A stretch of 64,000 bases of DNA from Paraspadella gotoi (GCA_051294375.1 CM119268.1:21502672-21566671); one strand, 5' to 3'; shown: positions 1-14,767, counted from the first letter of the stretch. The notes: generated from the letters alone by a model not told the origin. Numbers and translations: made by a program.

Positions 1-273
1 TTAGAGATTTCGAAGACCTTGAAATCAATCGCCCAAAAAAAACATTTATGACCCTGAGGTCATTCGGCCACTTTAACCCTTCGCCCATCCCCGTTGGCTC
101 AGGACAGGACGGCATGTGTTCCTCACCCACAATCTGAACTTAAGTAACAACAATTCAAGACCGTGATGTAAAGATAATAATAATATTTTTTTATCTATTT
201 TTTGTTTGTTTCTGTTGTCTGTTATTGCGTGGAAAAGAAGAATAAATTAGTAATTTTAACTTTTATTTTTCAG

Positions 274-405
274 GTCACCCACTTGACTGGCGACGAAACT
301 GCCAAAGTCCAAAGTCTACTCTTCCCACCACACATCCCCCACACTTCTTGTGGTCAACATGTGGAACCCGAAATTTCGGTTTCCGCCGAAGACGAAGGAA
401 GTTGA
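274..405 (+). CDS. Possible terminal exon of an unidentified gene
   Basis: Polypyrimidine tract plus CAG acceptor (ttttattttcag) at 273, then open frame VTHLTGDETAKVQSLLFPPHIPHTSCGQHVEPEISVSAEDEGS*; GC content above background; no recognisable domain. Confidence 0.25.
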   Translation, partial: VTHLTGDETAKVQSLLFPPHIPHTSCGQHVEPEISVSAEDEGS

Positions 406-546
406 ATTCTCGATAATGGAAGATTATTACTACGACTCTGAATATCTGGACTGGAAAAGGAGAGCCTGCAATAAAGACACGCTGGAAGCCTCGACCGAGC
501 CCATATTGCGTAGCAGGAAAGTAGAGAGAGAGGGGGTGTAGGGAGG

Positions 547-581
<35 letters not shown>

Positions 582-1579
582 TTCTACGTTATTATATTTT
601 TATTTGCCTTCCTCAGAGTAAATCCGAAAGAATACCCCAAATTTGAAGAATGGGAAAGAATCCACAGAGGTTATTTCTCGTTTCCATCGGAGAAGCTATT
701 TTTAGTCACGGCTGCAGACTTACAGACTGTCCGTGTCTGACTATCCGTCTGTATTTCGCCAAGTCTGTGTTCATTAAGTGAAATAGAGTATAAATCGTTA
801 CGGAAAATGGCGCTGGAGTCTAAATTATGCTTTTTCAGAGATCTAATGAAAAAAGAGTAATATTAGTTCTGAATGAGAAAGAGGTACACCTAAAAGTTAA
901 GAGAAATGTTGTTGAAGAGACATCATATGCACAGGAGATAGTAATATTATGTAATGATGAAAGAGAAAGAAATAGAATGCGGAAACCAGAAGGGCATAAA
1001 GAAAAATATGATTATAATACGTATAAAGGTTACAAGATTTACCATATTTTTGGGAAAAAAATGTTTATTTATTTAATTTTAGCATATTTGTAAATATTTT
1101 AAGGGGTGAGAGAGGTTGTCTTCTAGATATATAACACAATGTTAATAAACTTTCTGTCTGGTATTTCCATATAAAATACATACATGTAATAAATAAAGTT
1201 TAACTTTACTTAATCCTGATTCTTTATGACTTTTATTTTCACTTTCTTAACTTCTAGAAGTCAAGTTTGATGACGAGTTCTTGAAACCAAAATCAATTTT
1301 GGAGGAAATGAACAAAAGGATGTGAGTACTAGAATTAACTGGGTTTTTCAAAAACCAGAAGGGAAAATTAAATTTTATTTAACATGTATTTTTTAATAAC
1401 CTTTAAAATTATTTTTTAAAGATCCAGCTATCCTTTTGAATTTTAATTTTAATTTTAATTTTTTTAAATTTTTAATCTACAACAAGGAATAAACTATAAA
1501 GAATATTAGAAGAAAGAAGATTAGTCTTAAAGTAATCAGATTTCTTCATGTTCAGCTTTACGGTAGAGTATTACATTTT

Positions 1580-3274
1580 AAACAAGTTTGAGCAAACAAT
1601 GTCGGTTCTGCCTACGATAATTACGCTAATTACGATAATCAGCTAATCAGATGATAAATGACGATAATTCTTTCAATTTGTGATCATAACAGATCGTACC
1701 ATGCCAAACCAATGGCTGCGCATATACATGTAAATCGCTTGCAAGTGATTAAACTGAACTGCACCATTTTTCCACTTGCATCATTTTTTTACTTGCATCA
1801 TTTTTTTAATTTGCAACATTTTTTTAATTCGCACATTTTTTCAACTTGCACCATTTTTTTAACTTACATCATTTTTTCAACTTGTATCATTTTTTAATTT
1901 AATTAATTAATCAATTAATTAACTAATTAAAACATTTATGAGTAAGCATAAATAATAAAATTTCAAGTCAACTTTTTTCATGCAAACTCATTTCCACTCC
2001 TCGATTCCATCTAAACTTTATATTCTACTTAATCACACACTTTCCTACCCACACACAAAATTTCATCTCAATCTATCCACCCAATTATTATTAATTAGTG
2101 TAATTTTGTGTTAAAATTAGTAAAAAGATTTAAGTAAACGTGACTTATGTTTTTTNNNNNNNNNNATTTTTTTAACTTGCAACATTTTTTTAATTCGCAC
2201 ATTTTTTCAACTTAAACCATTTTTTTAACTTACATCATTTTTTCAACTTGTATCANNNNNNNNNNNNNNNNNNNNNNNNNNNNNNNNNNNNNNNNNNNNN
2301 NNNNNNNNNNNNNNNNNNNNNNNNNNNNNNNNNNNNNNNNNNNNNNNNNNNNNNNNNNNNNNNNNNNNNNNNNNNNNNNNNNNNNNNNNNNNNNNNNNNN
2401 NNNNNNNNNNNNNNNNNNNNNNNNNNNNNNNNNNNNNNNNNNNNNNNNNNNNNNNNNNNNNNNNNNNNNNNNNNNNNNNNNNNNNNNNNNNNNNNNNNNN
2501 NNNNNNNNNNNNNNNNNNNNNNNNNNNNNNNNNNNNNNNNNNNNNNNNNNNNNNNNTACCCACACACAAAATTTCATCTCAATCTATCCACCCAATGAGT
2601 GTAATTTTGTGTTAAAATTAGTAAAAAGATTCAAGTAAAAGTGACTTATGNNNNNNNNNNNNNNNNNNNNNNNNNNNNNNNNNNNNNNNNNNNNNNNNNN
2701 NNNNNNNNNNNNNNNNNNNNNNNNNNNNNNNNNNNNNNNNNNNNNNNNNNNNNNNNNNNNNNNNNNNNNNNNNNNNNNNNNNNNNNNNNNNNNNNNNNNN
2801 NNNNNNNNNNNNNNNNNNNNNNNNNNNNNNNNNNNNNNNNNNNNNNNNNNNNNNNNNNNNNNNNNNNNNNNNNNNNNNNNNNNNNNNNNNNNNNNNNNNN
2901 NNNNNNNNNNNNNNNNNNNNNNNNNNNNNNNNNNNNNNCATGCATACTATCTACAAACAAACACATAATCTTAATGCTTTAGGTAAAACTGTATTCTCGT
3001 ACATTTATCTCGTGTCATTTAATGCTTTTTTTCTCCAAAACATATTTCCAATCCAACCATCCAATCACGAGTAATTGGAGTTTTTTGCTAAGGGGGGATG
3101 GACAAACAGACGGACGGTCAGACTGACGGACGGGCATCTTTTTTTTGCATAATTTATCATAATTTGATATCCTGACATTTAAGTTAATGCCCGACAAGAT
3201 TGAGGGGGTGGACCGACAGACCGACAAAGTGAATTATAGAGTCAGAATCTGCTGATAAGCAGACCCGACTAAAA
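1580..3274 (-). mobile_element. DINE-1/HINE-like non-autonomous Helentron-associated element (interrupted by N gaps)
   Basis: Family 3' end (aaacaagtttgagcaaacaatgtcgg.tctgc) at 1580 and 5' end (gctgataagcagacccgactaaaa) at 3274; GACG/GACA microsatellite near 3100-3130; internal 18-19 bp minisatellite at 1760-1895. Confidence 0.65.
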
Positions 3275-3429
3275 ATCTCTGCTCATAAACGGATAGCCTG
3301 ATTTTTATAAAATTTATGCCAATCTCTTTCATCATGTTAAATTTACTTTGAATTTTTTTTTTTAAATCCAAGCATATAGGGTGATTTTCAAAGTCTGATA
3401 TAAAGTGGCGCGGTTTTTTTGCACATAGT

Positions 3430-3563
3430 GTAATATTAGCACATCTTCTAGTAACAGCAACGCTTGATACCGGCTCTCTATTACAGGATGATAGAATAGG
3501 TTTAAATGCGTCCATCGTAGGTCGGCTATCATTTCGCGCCCTTGTCATACTGACTGACCAGTA
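3430..3563. repeat. ~140-bp dispersed repeat, second copy at 14768-14916
   Basis: gtaatattagcacatc.tctagtaacagcaacgcttgataccggc...gtcatactgactgaccagt is near-identical at both loci; the second copy has an extra ~15 bp. Confidence 0.85.
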
Positions 3564-5452
3564 AGGCGTAGTGAAAGTTACGTACAAAAATTCTAAAGAG
3601 GTGCAATTCATGAACAACATAACCAGCAGTGAATCATTAATTTGTAATAAAAAATTAATTTTTATGTTTTTAATTTTTGAGTAGGCTATATTTATATATA
3701 TGACTGTTATCCTTATAATATAATCGGAAAAATTTCAAAATAGGCTTTTCTTAAGTTTGATTGCACTTTGATTACCGTCGGAAAAGTTGATGGGAATAGA
3801 GAAATATAGAATTATTTTGTAAAAATTCTTGCATAAGAGTGGGTTAAAAATAAAAAATCTATATTTATATAGTAGGAAAGTTAAGACGCGATGTACATCT
3901 CGTAGAAAAAACATATGCCAGTTAATAGAAAAAAAAGTTTCATATTGGATTTTTGTCATTTTTTTGTCTGCATCCGAGGGGCTTTGCTCCCTGAATGTTA
4001 AGTGGGTATGAGGAAGATTTAATGCAGAAGATCTCTTAAGCTCTCAGAAGATAGCAGGTTTGAATACATAAGACTGGCGGAAGGAAGTGAAGGACTAAAA
4101 AGAAAGATTGGGTTTGAATTATTATAAAGCATGTGAGAGAAGACATATCTCTTAGAAGTAACCAATAGCGTGATGCTGTGGGTTGATGTCTTTGTCTGTG
4201 GGGTAAGTGTCGGATTGATCGGGAGATAGGAGAGATAGGAGAGCTGAGGTGGATGGAGTCGGGTGTAAGAGAGGTTGGGTGTCAGTGGCACGGAAGAGTA
4301 TATAGGAGGTGTTGGGTGGGAGGTGAGGTTGTCGTTTAATTTAAAATTTTCCAAAACAAACCTTAATATATTTTGGTTTTTTCCTTTTCTTTTTTTATTC
4401 GATCTGCTTAATTAGAAGAATTCCGACTCTATTATATTCACTTTGTCGGTTCCGTCGGTCCCACCCCAAATCTTTTGGTCCGGTAAATTGATTTTAATCA
4501 ATATCAGAACATTCAAATTATGATTAATTTGGGCAAAAAATTTATGTCTGTCAGTCCGCGATCCGTCCCCGCCTGAGCATTTGAAACTCCCAATTCCTAT
4601 GATTGTAATAGGTGATGGATGGATTGATTTGATTGATTGACATTTAATTATTATCGCTGCATAAAGTAGTGGTAGGCCGACAAATTCAAATTTTAAAATG
4701 GGAACAGCAATTAAAACCTAATCCATTATTGGTATTAATTTTGTAAATTAACAATATTTTTTTTTTGCAAAAATGTTCTGAACCATGGAGTTTTAAAATT
4801 TTGCTAATTAATATTATTATATTGCTTATATGTCAAAAAATTTTTTTTTGGATTTTTAAGTTTTTTTTAAAATTGATTCTGATTAGAGAGTTTAAAAAGT
4901 GTTAAGCAAAAAATATAATTAGCAACTTTAAATTTTGATGGTTTTATAAGTTACTTAAAATTAGTAAAAAAACTGTTAAAAATCATGCAGATGATGATAA
5001 ATGAGATTTTTTAAAAGGTTTTTCCAGTTTTTGACCCATTTATCAAAATATTAAATTAAAAAGAGAATTTGATCTTTGTGTCAAGAGAACAACTTTTATA
5101 AAAGCCATATCTGAATTTGCTTTTTTAAAATAACAAAAATTTAAAAATAAAATTTTTGACATTTTCTATCTATATAAATATTAAAAAATTAATTTACTAA
5201 TGCTTCTAGCCAATTTTTAGAAATTTTGGTCGCATGAAAGTTTTCTCAAAATGTATGAAGTTTCTAATATTGGAAGTGTCCCTGAAATCAAACTTCTGAC
5301 CCAACCCCCATTGACAAAGTTTGGTTTTAGCATAAGCGCTTTATCATAACTCCGTGCTTTAAATAACTACTAACCCGGAGCTCGCAAATCATTTGTTACA
5401 CGAATAGTAAAATTTAATCGCTTCATAACGCCTACCAAAAATTAATGAAAAA

Positions 5453-6028
5453 TTTTAGTCGGATCTGCTTAGCAGATTAACGATTAAATCTTGTCGGTAT
5501 ATAATCATTTTTATCACAAATCAGAAATCACATATATTACGCTAAATTTAAGAGGCATAAAAACGAAATATCCGTGACCGTCTGTACTGTCGTCCCCGTC
5601 CCCCCTTAAGCAAAAACTCCAGATTACTCGTGATTGGATGAAGGATCCATTGGTAATGAAAATTTTGTGTGTTGGTTTAGGAAAGTGTATGAATTTCAAA
5701 TGGATATAAAGTTTAGATGGAATCGTGCGAGTTTAAATTGAAAAAAAAAACCATAACGTGCAATTGATTTGAATTTTTATTATTTATTATGCTTATCATA
5801 ATTAATTAATTAAGACAATTTTAAAAAATGATGCTAGTGGAAAAAATAATAATTAGTTTAAAAAAAATTTCTTTGTACTTTTTTGTAATTATTTCTACCT
5901 ATACAGCTATTTATTTGTTTATTTATTGTTGTATTTATTTTTTATATGTTTATTTATTTATTTAGCAGTGATTACCCGTTAATTATTGTGGGCAGATCCG
6001 AATTGTTTGGGCTCAATAACTTGTTTTT
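5453..6028 (+). mobile_element. DINE-1/HINE-like element
   Basis: 5' ttttAGTCGGATCTGCttaGCAGAT hairpin, shared core (cttaagcaaaaactccagattactcgtgattggatg), 3' gtgggcagatccgaattgtttgggctcaataacttgttt. Confidence 0.7.
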
Positions 6029-7329
6029 ACATTTGATAGACAAAATTATTGACGTTTTTGAAAATGACAAATATATTTATTAAAAATGGGTATAAAAATT
6101 GCTTAAAAATGCCTGCCCGAACTTTGTGGAACAATTTCATATCTTTTTTCATCGGTTTTTACAGTCAGTCTTTGCAAGACTTCTTTAGTGACAAATTACT
6201 TTAAAAAAAATCGAATTATGTGATAAGTTGGAACTTACAGAACAACTTGGGCATTACTGCCCTTCTGATTTACTTTAGTTCTTTTGTTCGAAAAAGTTTT
6301 CAGTTTGAAACAAACAACGATTTTATTTTTAGTAAAAACAGTGGTTTCGACTTGTTTTCAGACTTCAATGTCACTTTGAAAAATAACGCAATTTTCACTT
6401 TACAAGGAAATGTGTGAGAGGGAGAGAGGAGTTCTTTTGTTAAAAAAAAATTGATACAGTTGGTGTATTGTAAATTGGGTTTTAAATATTTTTTTGAAAA
6501 CTACCCATGTTTTAAAAGGAAAACAAATTTCATACTGTTAGCCAACAGCTGCCTTGTTCATATATTCATGTTTAACTTTTTGCAATTATGCTTCTAGTGC
6601 GGCAACGAATATCTGCATCTCAACAATACCTTTTAAGCCTCAATTTTTTGATGCTTTAAAAATGTTGTTCAGTCAAGCCTGCTTAAATTGTTGCCAACAG
6701 GCTGAGAATGAACTGCTCGTATAAACCACTGCCCTTCTGGTGGATCCTTGGATAGAGGTCAATAAGGCTGAAAATATTTATAACTGTAATCTTGATATTG
6801 AATTAAAAGTTATTTCATTGGTGTTTTGGATTATTAAAAGATGGCGATGGAGCCATCTTTGACCATCTTTGCAAAAAATTAATAATTTTATTGTTAAAAA
6901 AAAAAAAATATATCATTAAATAAAAATTTTAAGCAGAAAAAGCGTACAAGCATTCCTTTCTAATAAAAAAAAAAAAAGGTTTTACCGTTTATTTCAATGC
7001 AGTAAACTGGCAATAATTTCTTTTGTGTCACCTGGATTTGGCTCAATGGGGTAACAACTTTGAATTCGATAAAAATATTTATAAATATTGATTTTTAGCA
7101 AATATGATAAAAAATGTAAATGTTCATACAAGTATTTTAATAATTTATTTTTTAAAATTTTTGATAATATTTGGTCAAAATAATAAAATATATAAATTTC
7201 AAATTGGTAAAATCCATTATCAAATTATCATAATGGCAGTCCTCTACAACGTTAAAAAATTTGTGCAAAAAAAGTTTTAATTCATAACTAAGATCTTTGA
7301 AAAGATTAAAAAATAGCGCTACGTGCGGA

Positions 7330-7508
7330 CAGTGTGATGATCCGGGTGTGAGGCATCTCCCGACAGTTGGGGGGCCTCATGGCCTTGGACCTGCAGTGAC
7401 ACCCCATGGATCTATGGACTGGTTTATGCTAGACATCCATCAACACTTAACCAACGTGACGTAAGGGGATTGAACCCGGAAACTCCGCGGTTGTTAAAAC
7501 GAGTAACA
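7330..7508 (-). repeat. tRNA-derived repeat, diverged relative of the family B LTR at 39250-39509
   Basis: B-box on minus strand (ccgggttcaatcccc); collinear blocks shared with 39270-39413 (tgtgat..ccggg, ggacc..cagtgac, gtttat, ccatca, ttaa.cca, ggggattgaacccgg); interrupted by a MITE at 7509. Confidence 0.55.
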
Positions 7509-8280
7509 GAAGGCTTTCATATTATAAAAATGTGGTACCCGACCTTTTTGTGACACACAAATCCCTGTTCCCACCAAACTACCCCAATCGAATTTAAAAA
7601 AAATGAATTTTAAACATTTAGAGTGCTAAATGACTATATAAATGGAACTATCGAGAGCGAATTTTGATAATTCAACCCCTGACATAGAGCATAAGGGCCC
7701 TGGGGGTGGACCCCTGGGGGGTCCAAAAAATGATTCAATTTTTTTTTTTTATTTTCAAATTTTTTTTTAGTAGCATTGACGTTTTAAACCATAAGAAAAA
7801 GCATTTTAGAACATAAAAATTGATTAAATTTGCAATAATTAGCATGGTTTGAACGAATGAAGATGCATGGTTTTATTCGTTTTTTAACTTTCCATTTTTT
7901 TCCCAAATTATTTCAAGAATCTGCACTTTTTTAACTGCTGGATGTTCATCGAGCTAATAATTATGATAAATGATATTTTATTTTGAGGTAATACAATGTT
8001 TTTGGTGGAAGAGTAAACGTCTGTCAACTGTTCAAGAAACAAAAAATTATTAAAAAATTTATAAATATTTTTGACCATTTTTTGGCCCGCAACAGGGCCC
8101 CTTATCTCAGCTTTGGAAGTGGAAATGTAAAATTCGCCTCGATAGTTTCATTTGTATCACTACTGGTATTGTTTCCGCATGCAAAATTTCATTAAATTTC
8201 CTATTCCTTAGTTTTCCCTTCGGAACGATGGGTGTTCTGGTCAAAAAAAAGGGGTACCACATTTTATAATATGAAACTTC
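7509..8280. mobile_element. MITE / non-autonomous DNA transposon with long imperfect TIRs
   Basis: tttcatattataaaaatgtggtaccc (7515) is the reverse complement of gggtaccacattttataatatgaaa (8252-8276); further inverted match 7645-7702 vs 8093-8150; related fragment at ~44700-44900. Confidence 0.75.
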
Positions 8281-11200
8281 GCTATTTTAGCTGTCCCAGG
8301 CCAGATGGGATGAGCTGGGAGTTTCAACCAAGCTTTAACGGGAGGCGAATTTTAGGAATTCGCCGGCAATACTTAAAATGGGGTGTTTATTTCTTTTCTA
8401 TGATTGGGAAACGATTGTTTATTTGTAAAAAAATAATAGATTTCTGGGTGGAATAGTTAAAAGCTATTCTGAGCTTCAAATATAATATTTAATAAAAATT
8501 ATATATATTATCTTGTGAATTATGTAATGTTAACTGTTTGAAGAGTTCTTTTTAACAATATAGGTTTTTTGTTACCCATACAGATTTTAACTTATATATA
8601 CCTCCTTATCTTATTGAATTGTTGCCTATAAAAAAGATTTGTTGGAATCTCCTCGTTACTCACCTCTTCGATTGCCATAATTTAGTCTGAATTCACTATT
8701 GTTATTTATTTATTCAACAACCTTAGAGATTAGATCACTCCCAAGCAGGTGCGCAACAACGAATCTTTTTGCAATTGTGAACTGTGTGAAAGTAGTCGTT
8801 AATTAGAAAGTATTGTTGCGTGTTTAGTATTTTTATTTTATTCAAAAAGTAAGTGGTGCAACTTTCTTATTTATATTCTACAGGTCCAGTTTTTTATACA
8901 ATAACTGATTCTTTTGTTTGGACTTTTTATCTTACAAAACGTTTAAAGGGATGGTGAGGAAAAATTAAAACCATGAACCTTTTTCTGATCCCGAAATTTG
9001 GTTCTATGCCCTTAATAACGAATGTCACAGCGTGCGTTTGGGAAAACCACCTAGACTCCCCTATCATGCTGCTAAAGTTGGCCGTCGGAAGTAAATCGGG
9101 AACCTGCTATTTGGGGGTTTTGTCCTTTTAATCGGCACTCATAAAGTTCCCTGGCTGAGTGGTTTTGAAAACGTTCCACGCGTCGTCGGTTGCCCATCAT
9201 CGGTAAAAAATCATAGAAACTGCGAGAAGAAAATCGAAAGTTGTAAGGCTAGAAATAATTAACATTCTATTCACTATTCAGTCATGTTGATTTTTTTTTT
9301 ATTGAGACGACTTTGCGATTATTTTATTTAACTTTTGGTTTTCCTCTTATTTACGGGCCTTTTTCTATAAAAAATTGGCCGTAAACAATAGTGTATAAAG
9401 TTATCTCTTTATATTCAATAAGCGCTATCTTGAACTTACCCTGTAATTATTTTATTGTATTATAGGTGTAGCAATAGTATTGTAAAGTTACTATGATTGT
9501 ATGAAGCGAGAACCCCAAAAGGGGGTCGCGAAATTTTTAATCAGACGAGAAAAATATTTCAGTTCAACAAACGATTTATTTTAAAGAGCACTCAAGAACA
9601 AAAAAAAAATATTTGAAATGATATGTTAAGTAGTACAAAAAAACATATTTGTTCATTATGTTTTTTCCCTCGGGAACAGAATGTAAAATATACAATATAT
9701 TTTGTTTGTAGTAATACCTTATAAAAAAATTGTAAATTTAAAAATTTTTTTTTTTAAACTTTTAATAAAGGATTCAGGATTCTTCTAAAAGGTTGAATCA
9801 AAAATATAAAAAACATGTTTATCAAAAATTCTGGGTCATCATTCAGGCGTTTGAAACTTTGAAAAAAGGGTAAAAAATTCAATGCTTTTTTAATTTTAGT
9901 TATAAACACATTAATTTCTTTGTAAAAGTAGAAACTTATATATGTTAAAAAAAGTATTTAATTAATCCTTTTTTTTTTTGTAATTCTAAAAATCTTAAAA
10001 CAGAAATATCATTATAAATATTTAATAAAAGTTCCTTATTTTTTTATTTTTAACGTAGGCGAAATCCAAGATCTGTTTTTTTAAAAATAAATAAATATTT
10101 TGAAATTTGACGATTTATAAGGATATTATTACATAAATAACTGAATTACTAAAAAATACTGTTACCTAAAAAAAAATTTTAAAAGAATTTAAAAATTTCT
10201 TAATTACACTGTCCAAGAGGCATAAAAAATAATGTTCATATTTCACAGTCAAATTTTTCATCATCAGTCCGCACCCTCAATTATACATGTTTAGCTTTAA
10301 TGAATTCTATTTTTCCTCTCCTCTCTCCTCCCTCCCCCTCGGTTCTCCTTCTCGTCCTAATTACCTAAACAAAGAAAAGAGAGAATGTACGCTAATGAAT
10401 TTTTAATCAATATAGATCAGTTCATTCTTCCTATTTGAAAATCGATTCAGGTTCTAAGAGGGCCTTCGGATTTTTTCTGTAAGGGGCCATATAACGTATG
10501 CTAAGAGTTCATGTTTTTTATCCTGCCAGAAGGGCTTAATCGTGATAAAATATCTGGCGTGATACTGTTAAGAAAAATGGCTTCCTTTGTTGTAAGTCGT
10601 TCGTTTTTTTCTTTTAAACAATTAGAAAATATAGGAAGTTTAAAAAAATTAAATTTGGTTTCTCATCATCAAAAAAGATCTTTTAAATTTGACAAGTTTT
10701 ATTATCAATACTCGGATTTGCTCATTTATTTATAAAACATTTATTTTTTTATATAAAACTAAAACTATACGAATTACGATGATTCTTAAAAAAAAGTGTG
10801 ATATCATAGGAAGTTAAAACATAGCAGATACAAAATCTTTAAAACATAAAATTTCGGGCAAAGCAGTAGTATCTCACCTATTTCTATTGGTTACAAATAC
10901 TTGAATTTCAAAATAAAACCTTTTGAAGAAAATTGTTTTTCATTTAGAGACATATTCACTTTTAGATGTAGCATTGGTATAACAACAAATTTATTTATTT
11001 ATTTCCCAAAAAAAGTTAATTAGAAAGTTGAAATTTTTTTTTCCAAATTATTGAAAAAAAAGTTCGTCCGATAGCTCATTGAGAATAATGGTTTTGCATA
11101 GAAAATCAAATATATCAAAAAATTTAAAAATCAGCCTCTAAAAAAATCGAAAGGCTGATTTTTTTTAGAATTGCAAAAATTTTTTTTTTTATTTCCTAAC

Positions 11201-12585
11201 GTCGAATCCATTATTCTTAAGTTTCAATATTTTTTTCAAAAATCATTCGATCATATTTTTTTTTTTTATTAATTCAAATGTTTTTATGATATTTTTGTTC
11301 ATGAGAGAAGAAAGATTGAAAAAAAAAGTAAAAAATATACGTAATTATGATAAGGTTTTTGAAAAAAAAAATACCTCTAAAATATTTAAAATAATTTATT
11401 TGAACACAAGGGGGGGAGTGAAGCCAGAGAAAATTCCCATTCAAAAAAAAAAAAAAAAAAAAAAAAAAAACACAAATAAAAAAATGAATTTGTCATAGTT
11501 TTTTGTCAAGTGATTGTTTATTTAGATTTGTGGGATGGCCTGGTGGACGTGAGGCCAGCCAACGAGCGTGAGAAACGAAGTAAACCGGTGGCAACTGTAA
11601 ACGTTTAGAGTTCTCAAATAGACGCGTTGCAAAATATTGAGGTTTCTTTCATGGCGAGACGAGACGTTGCAGGAATCTTTGGGCGTTAAATATCGAATTG
11701 TTTTTTGATATTCGATTTATTTTACATTGATTGGTAGTAAAGAATTGAAGGTTTGAATCGATAGAGAATTGAATAGTTTATTGTTTACATTATTTATGTA
11801 GGAAATACTTGATTCCGAATTCATATTTATTTTGTTTTCATCTTTCTTATAATGTAACTCATACATTCAGAGGAATAGAAAAATAAAAAGCGTTTCTGTA
11901 GTAAAAAGTGGAATAAGAATATTTAAATTCAAAGAATAGGACAATCCAAGAGAATATGAATGAAAAATCATTTCCCAGTTTAACAATCATTAAAGTAACA
12001 ACAGAGAAAAAACAATTTTAAAAAAGATTCAAGTCGAGAGTCCTCTGATGGAACGATAGGTTTAAAATCCATTATGGTCTGAGTTTAAAGAGGACTTATT
12101 AACACTGGGAGGGGGCCGGGTTTTTAGAACAAAATCTATGGTTTCGCAAGGTTAGCTGACTCCCTGCGACCCAGCGTTCAGCGCAATTTCCCAGGATTCG
12201 AATCCCTCTGGCTTGGGGGAGTGGTGTCGGGGCCGTCGCTGAATGGGCATTTGGTTCACAAAATAGGCAAGTTGGTCCCTGATCCTACGAGATTTAATAA
12301 ATTGTTAATTTTAAAGACTATGATTCATATAAATAAGAAAAATGATGTGGGGGTAAAAATTATACATTTTGTCTCGGTTAACTATTAAGTTATCGTTAGT
12401 TTTTGTTTTTTAATATAATATATAATAATTATTATATTATATAATATATAGAATATATTAAATTAATTAATATATTAATAATAACAATGTCTAAAATAAT
12501 TTGCTTCAACATCTTTTTTTTTACCCTACTCTTTGAAAAAAGTGTAATCTATGTGAGCTATTATTTTTTTTAGTTTTTTTTGTTT

Positions 12586-12633
<48 letters not shown>

Positions 12634-12867
12634 TTTTGTTGATGGTTCCATGGGTTTTATGTCAGGACACAGTAATGTCTGTAGTGTTATATCCACCATA
12701 TACTTAAAAGTAAACAATTAAGTTTTGGCTCAAAGCAACGATAAGAAACCAATTTAAAAAATAAAAAAGGGACAAAATTCAGCACCGAGACGTTCTTGGG
12801 CACGTATTGTTCATTGTCTTACTTTTTATANNNNNNNNNNNNNNNNNNNNNNNNNCAGGAGAGAGAT

Positions 12868-13337
12868 CTATTTGGAAACACCAATTACTCATGAGTGATG
12901 GGGCGATTGACTTGAATATTTTGTAATTGGGGTGTAAGCAAAAGTGTGTGATTAAACTGGAAATAAGTTTCGATAGAATCGTTTGAGTGGAAATGAAGTT
13001 TAGAATGAAAAACAAAGAAACCTGGTTTCACAATTGAAGTTATGCTTCTTTCTTCTTTTTATTATTTAAATGTAAAATGCAGAGATGTAATAATTAATCA
13101 ACTAATTATTATTAATTCATTAGTCAATTAATTTAATCAATAAATTATTTAATCAGTTAATAATCAATCAAAACCAACATTTTGGATCAAATTAATTGCA
13201 TAATTGCATAATTAATTAAATAATTAACATTGAATAATTAAAATTATTAATTAAATAAATAATTATTTAATTAATTAATTAATTACCGATAATGATTGTG
13301 GGCAGATCCGACATTGTGTGTGCTCAAACTTGTTTTA
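12868..13337 (+). mobile_element. DINE-1/HINE-like element, 3' portion
   Basis: Core caattactcatgagt..atggggcgattgacttgaa; 3' end gtgggcagatccgacattgtgtgtgctcaaacttgtttt. Confidence 0.7.
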
Positions 13338-14578
13338 TAATTTTCTAATCATGTGATCACAAGGAAATAAGCTGAAAAGAAAGTCACTGTGGCGCAAAAC
13401 ATTGGATAAGACGCGTTATTCTTGGTTTGTTATGCAACAAATTTATTTTGAAAAGGAGAAAAATGAAAATTTTTAAACATTAGATGTAAGTCTTCATTAG
13501 CGCAAAAAATTAATAAAGTCATTTGTGAAAAATTTTTTGCCAAATTATAAGGTTTGGCGTGTGTGAAAAGTTGAAAGAGGGACAGAGAGAGGTTTCCAAA
13601 AAAAAAATAAGAAAAAGACAGTGGGAGGTTAAAGACAGGTCTTTAGAATAAGTACTAAAGAGTGAGGGAGAAAGAAAGAGAGAATAGTGAGATAGTTAAT
13701 ATATATTAACAATTTAAGTTTGGCAAACATTATCATTTAAAATAATAAATTGTAAAAGTAACATAAAACTACATTAAAAGAAGAGAGTTAGTAAAAAATA
13801 AGAGAAGATGAAGAGCTGGTCCCCCGTATCTGGACAAAGGAAAGCAGTATGACGATGTGACGGGTCATTGGCATGTCATAGGTCATGTTGAATCTTGAGT
13901 TCCAGACTTTATGGACCTCTTGGAAAATGCCTTGGGCTACCTTCATCTGACCTTGATTATGTCTGCGGCTGCCTCTTCTTCGGCTTAAGACAGGCGGGCT
14001 AAAGTTTGTCCTTGGTTCCCTTGGCATTGGGCAGTGAGACTCCCGTTCCTCTAACTGTAGCCGCCTTTTATGTCGGTCGGTGGGTCAGATGGTAAGGTTA
14101 AGGTTAGGGTAAAGACCTTTAATGTGCATAAGTATCCTACTTTTCATGATCACCCTAAAAGTGATCACATGACACAGAATTCAATGCAGCATAACTCATA
14201 AGAATACTGAGCCTATAAACCAGATAGTGAAAATCCTGATAAATAATGCAAAATATTTTAAAATTGTAAAAGTAAAATTTTAGATAATGTGTATTTTATA
14301 TAAAGTAAATAAAACTATTAATTATGTGGGGAGTAAATGTTTATCATCTTACTCTCTTTATACACTCTTATACTCCTTGTCTACATTTAAGTACAAATCG
14401 TGTTCTCATACTTTAAATATTAAAAAATACATACGTAATTATTATTAATAAATGAATTATCAAATGATTTCATACATGAATTAATTAAATTATTATTTAT
14501 TTAAAGATAAGCAAATAAGTAAATTAATAAAATTAGAACTAATTTAAATATAAGCAACATTAATCATTAAACTTTAAA

Positions 14579-14767
14579 GGGTCGGAGCTGGGAGCCGGAG
14601 CGGGAGCTGGAGCTGTCTCAAAATTTTTAGTGGAGCTGGAGCTGGAGTCGGAGCTGGAAAAAAATTTAGGATGGAGCCGGAGCTGGAGCTGGAGCTGAAA
14701 AATTTTTTTGGCCGGAGCTGGAGTTGGAGCTGGAGCTGGAGAAAAAATGGCCAGCTCCACAACCCTG
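14579..14767 (-). mobile_element. MITE-like end carrying a (GGAGCT/GGAGCC)n array
   Basis: Minus-strand terminus CAGGGTTGTGGAGCTGG followed by ~20 GGAGC(T/C) hexamer units; explains the spurious PAPAP and QLQLQL ORFs. Confidence 0.6.

Noticed and set aside
2230-2982. Poly-X ORFs (also 32757-33056)
   Set aside because: They are runs of N in assembly gaps
6560-7060. Minus-strand peptides resembling a Crypton/DUF3504 motif (PLSKDPPEGQWF..QPVGNNL) and a 2A-like IEPNPG
   Set aside because: Short, bounded by stops, no downstream HSLR motif, and the 2A consensus DxExNPGP is not met
12110-12290. B-box-like ggattcgaatcc as a tRNA or SINE
   Set aside because: No cloverleaf and no second copy in the window
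13788-14125. 79-aa minus-strand ORF with an upstream TATA-like motif
   Set aside because: No recognisable domain or splice support; lies next to TAGGGT-type repeat sequence
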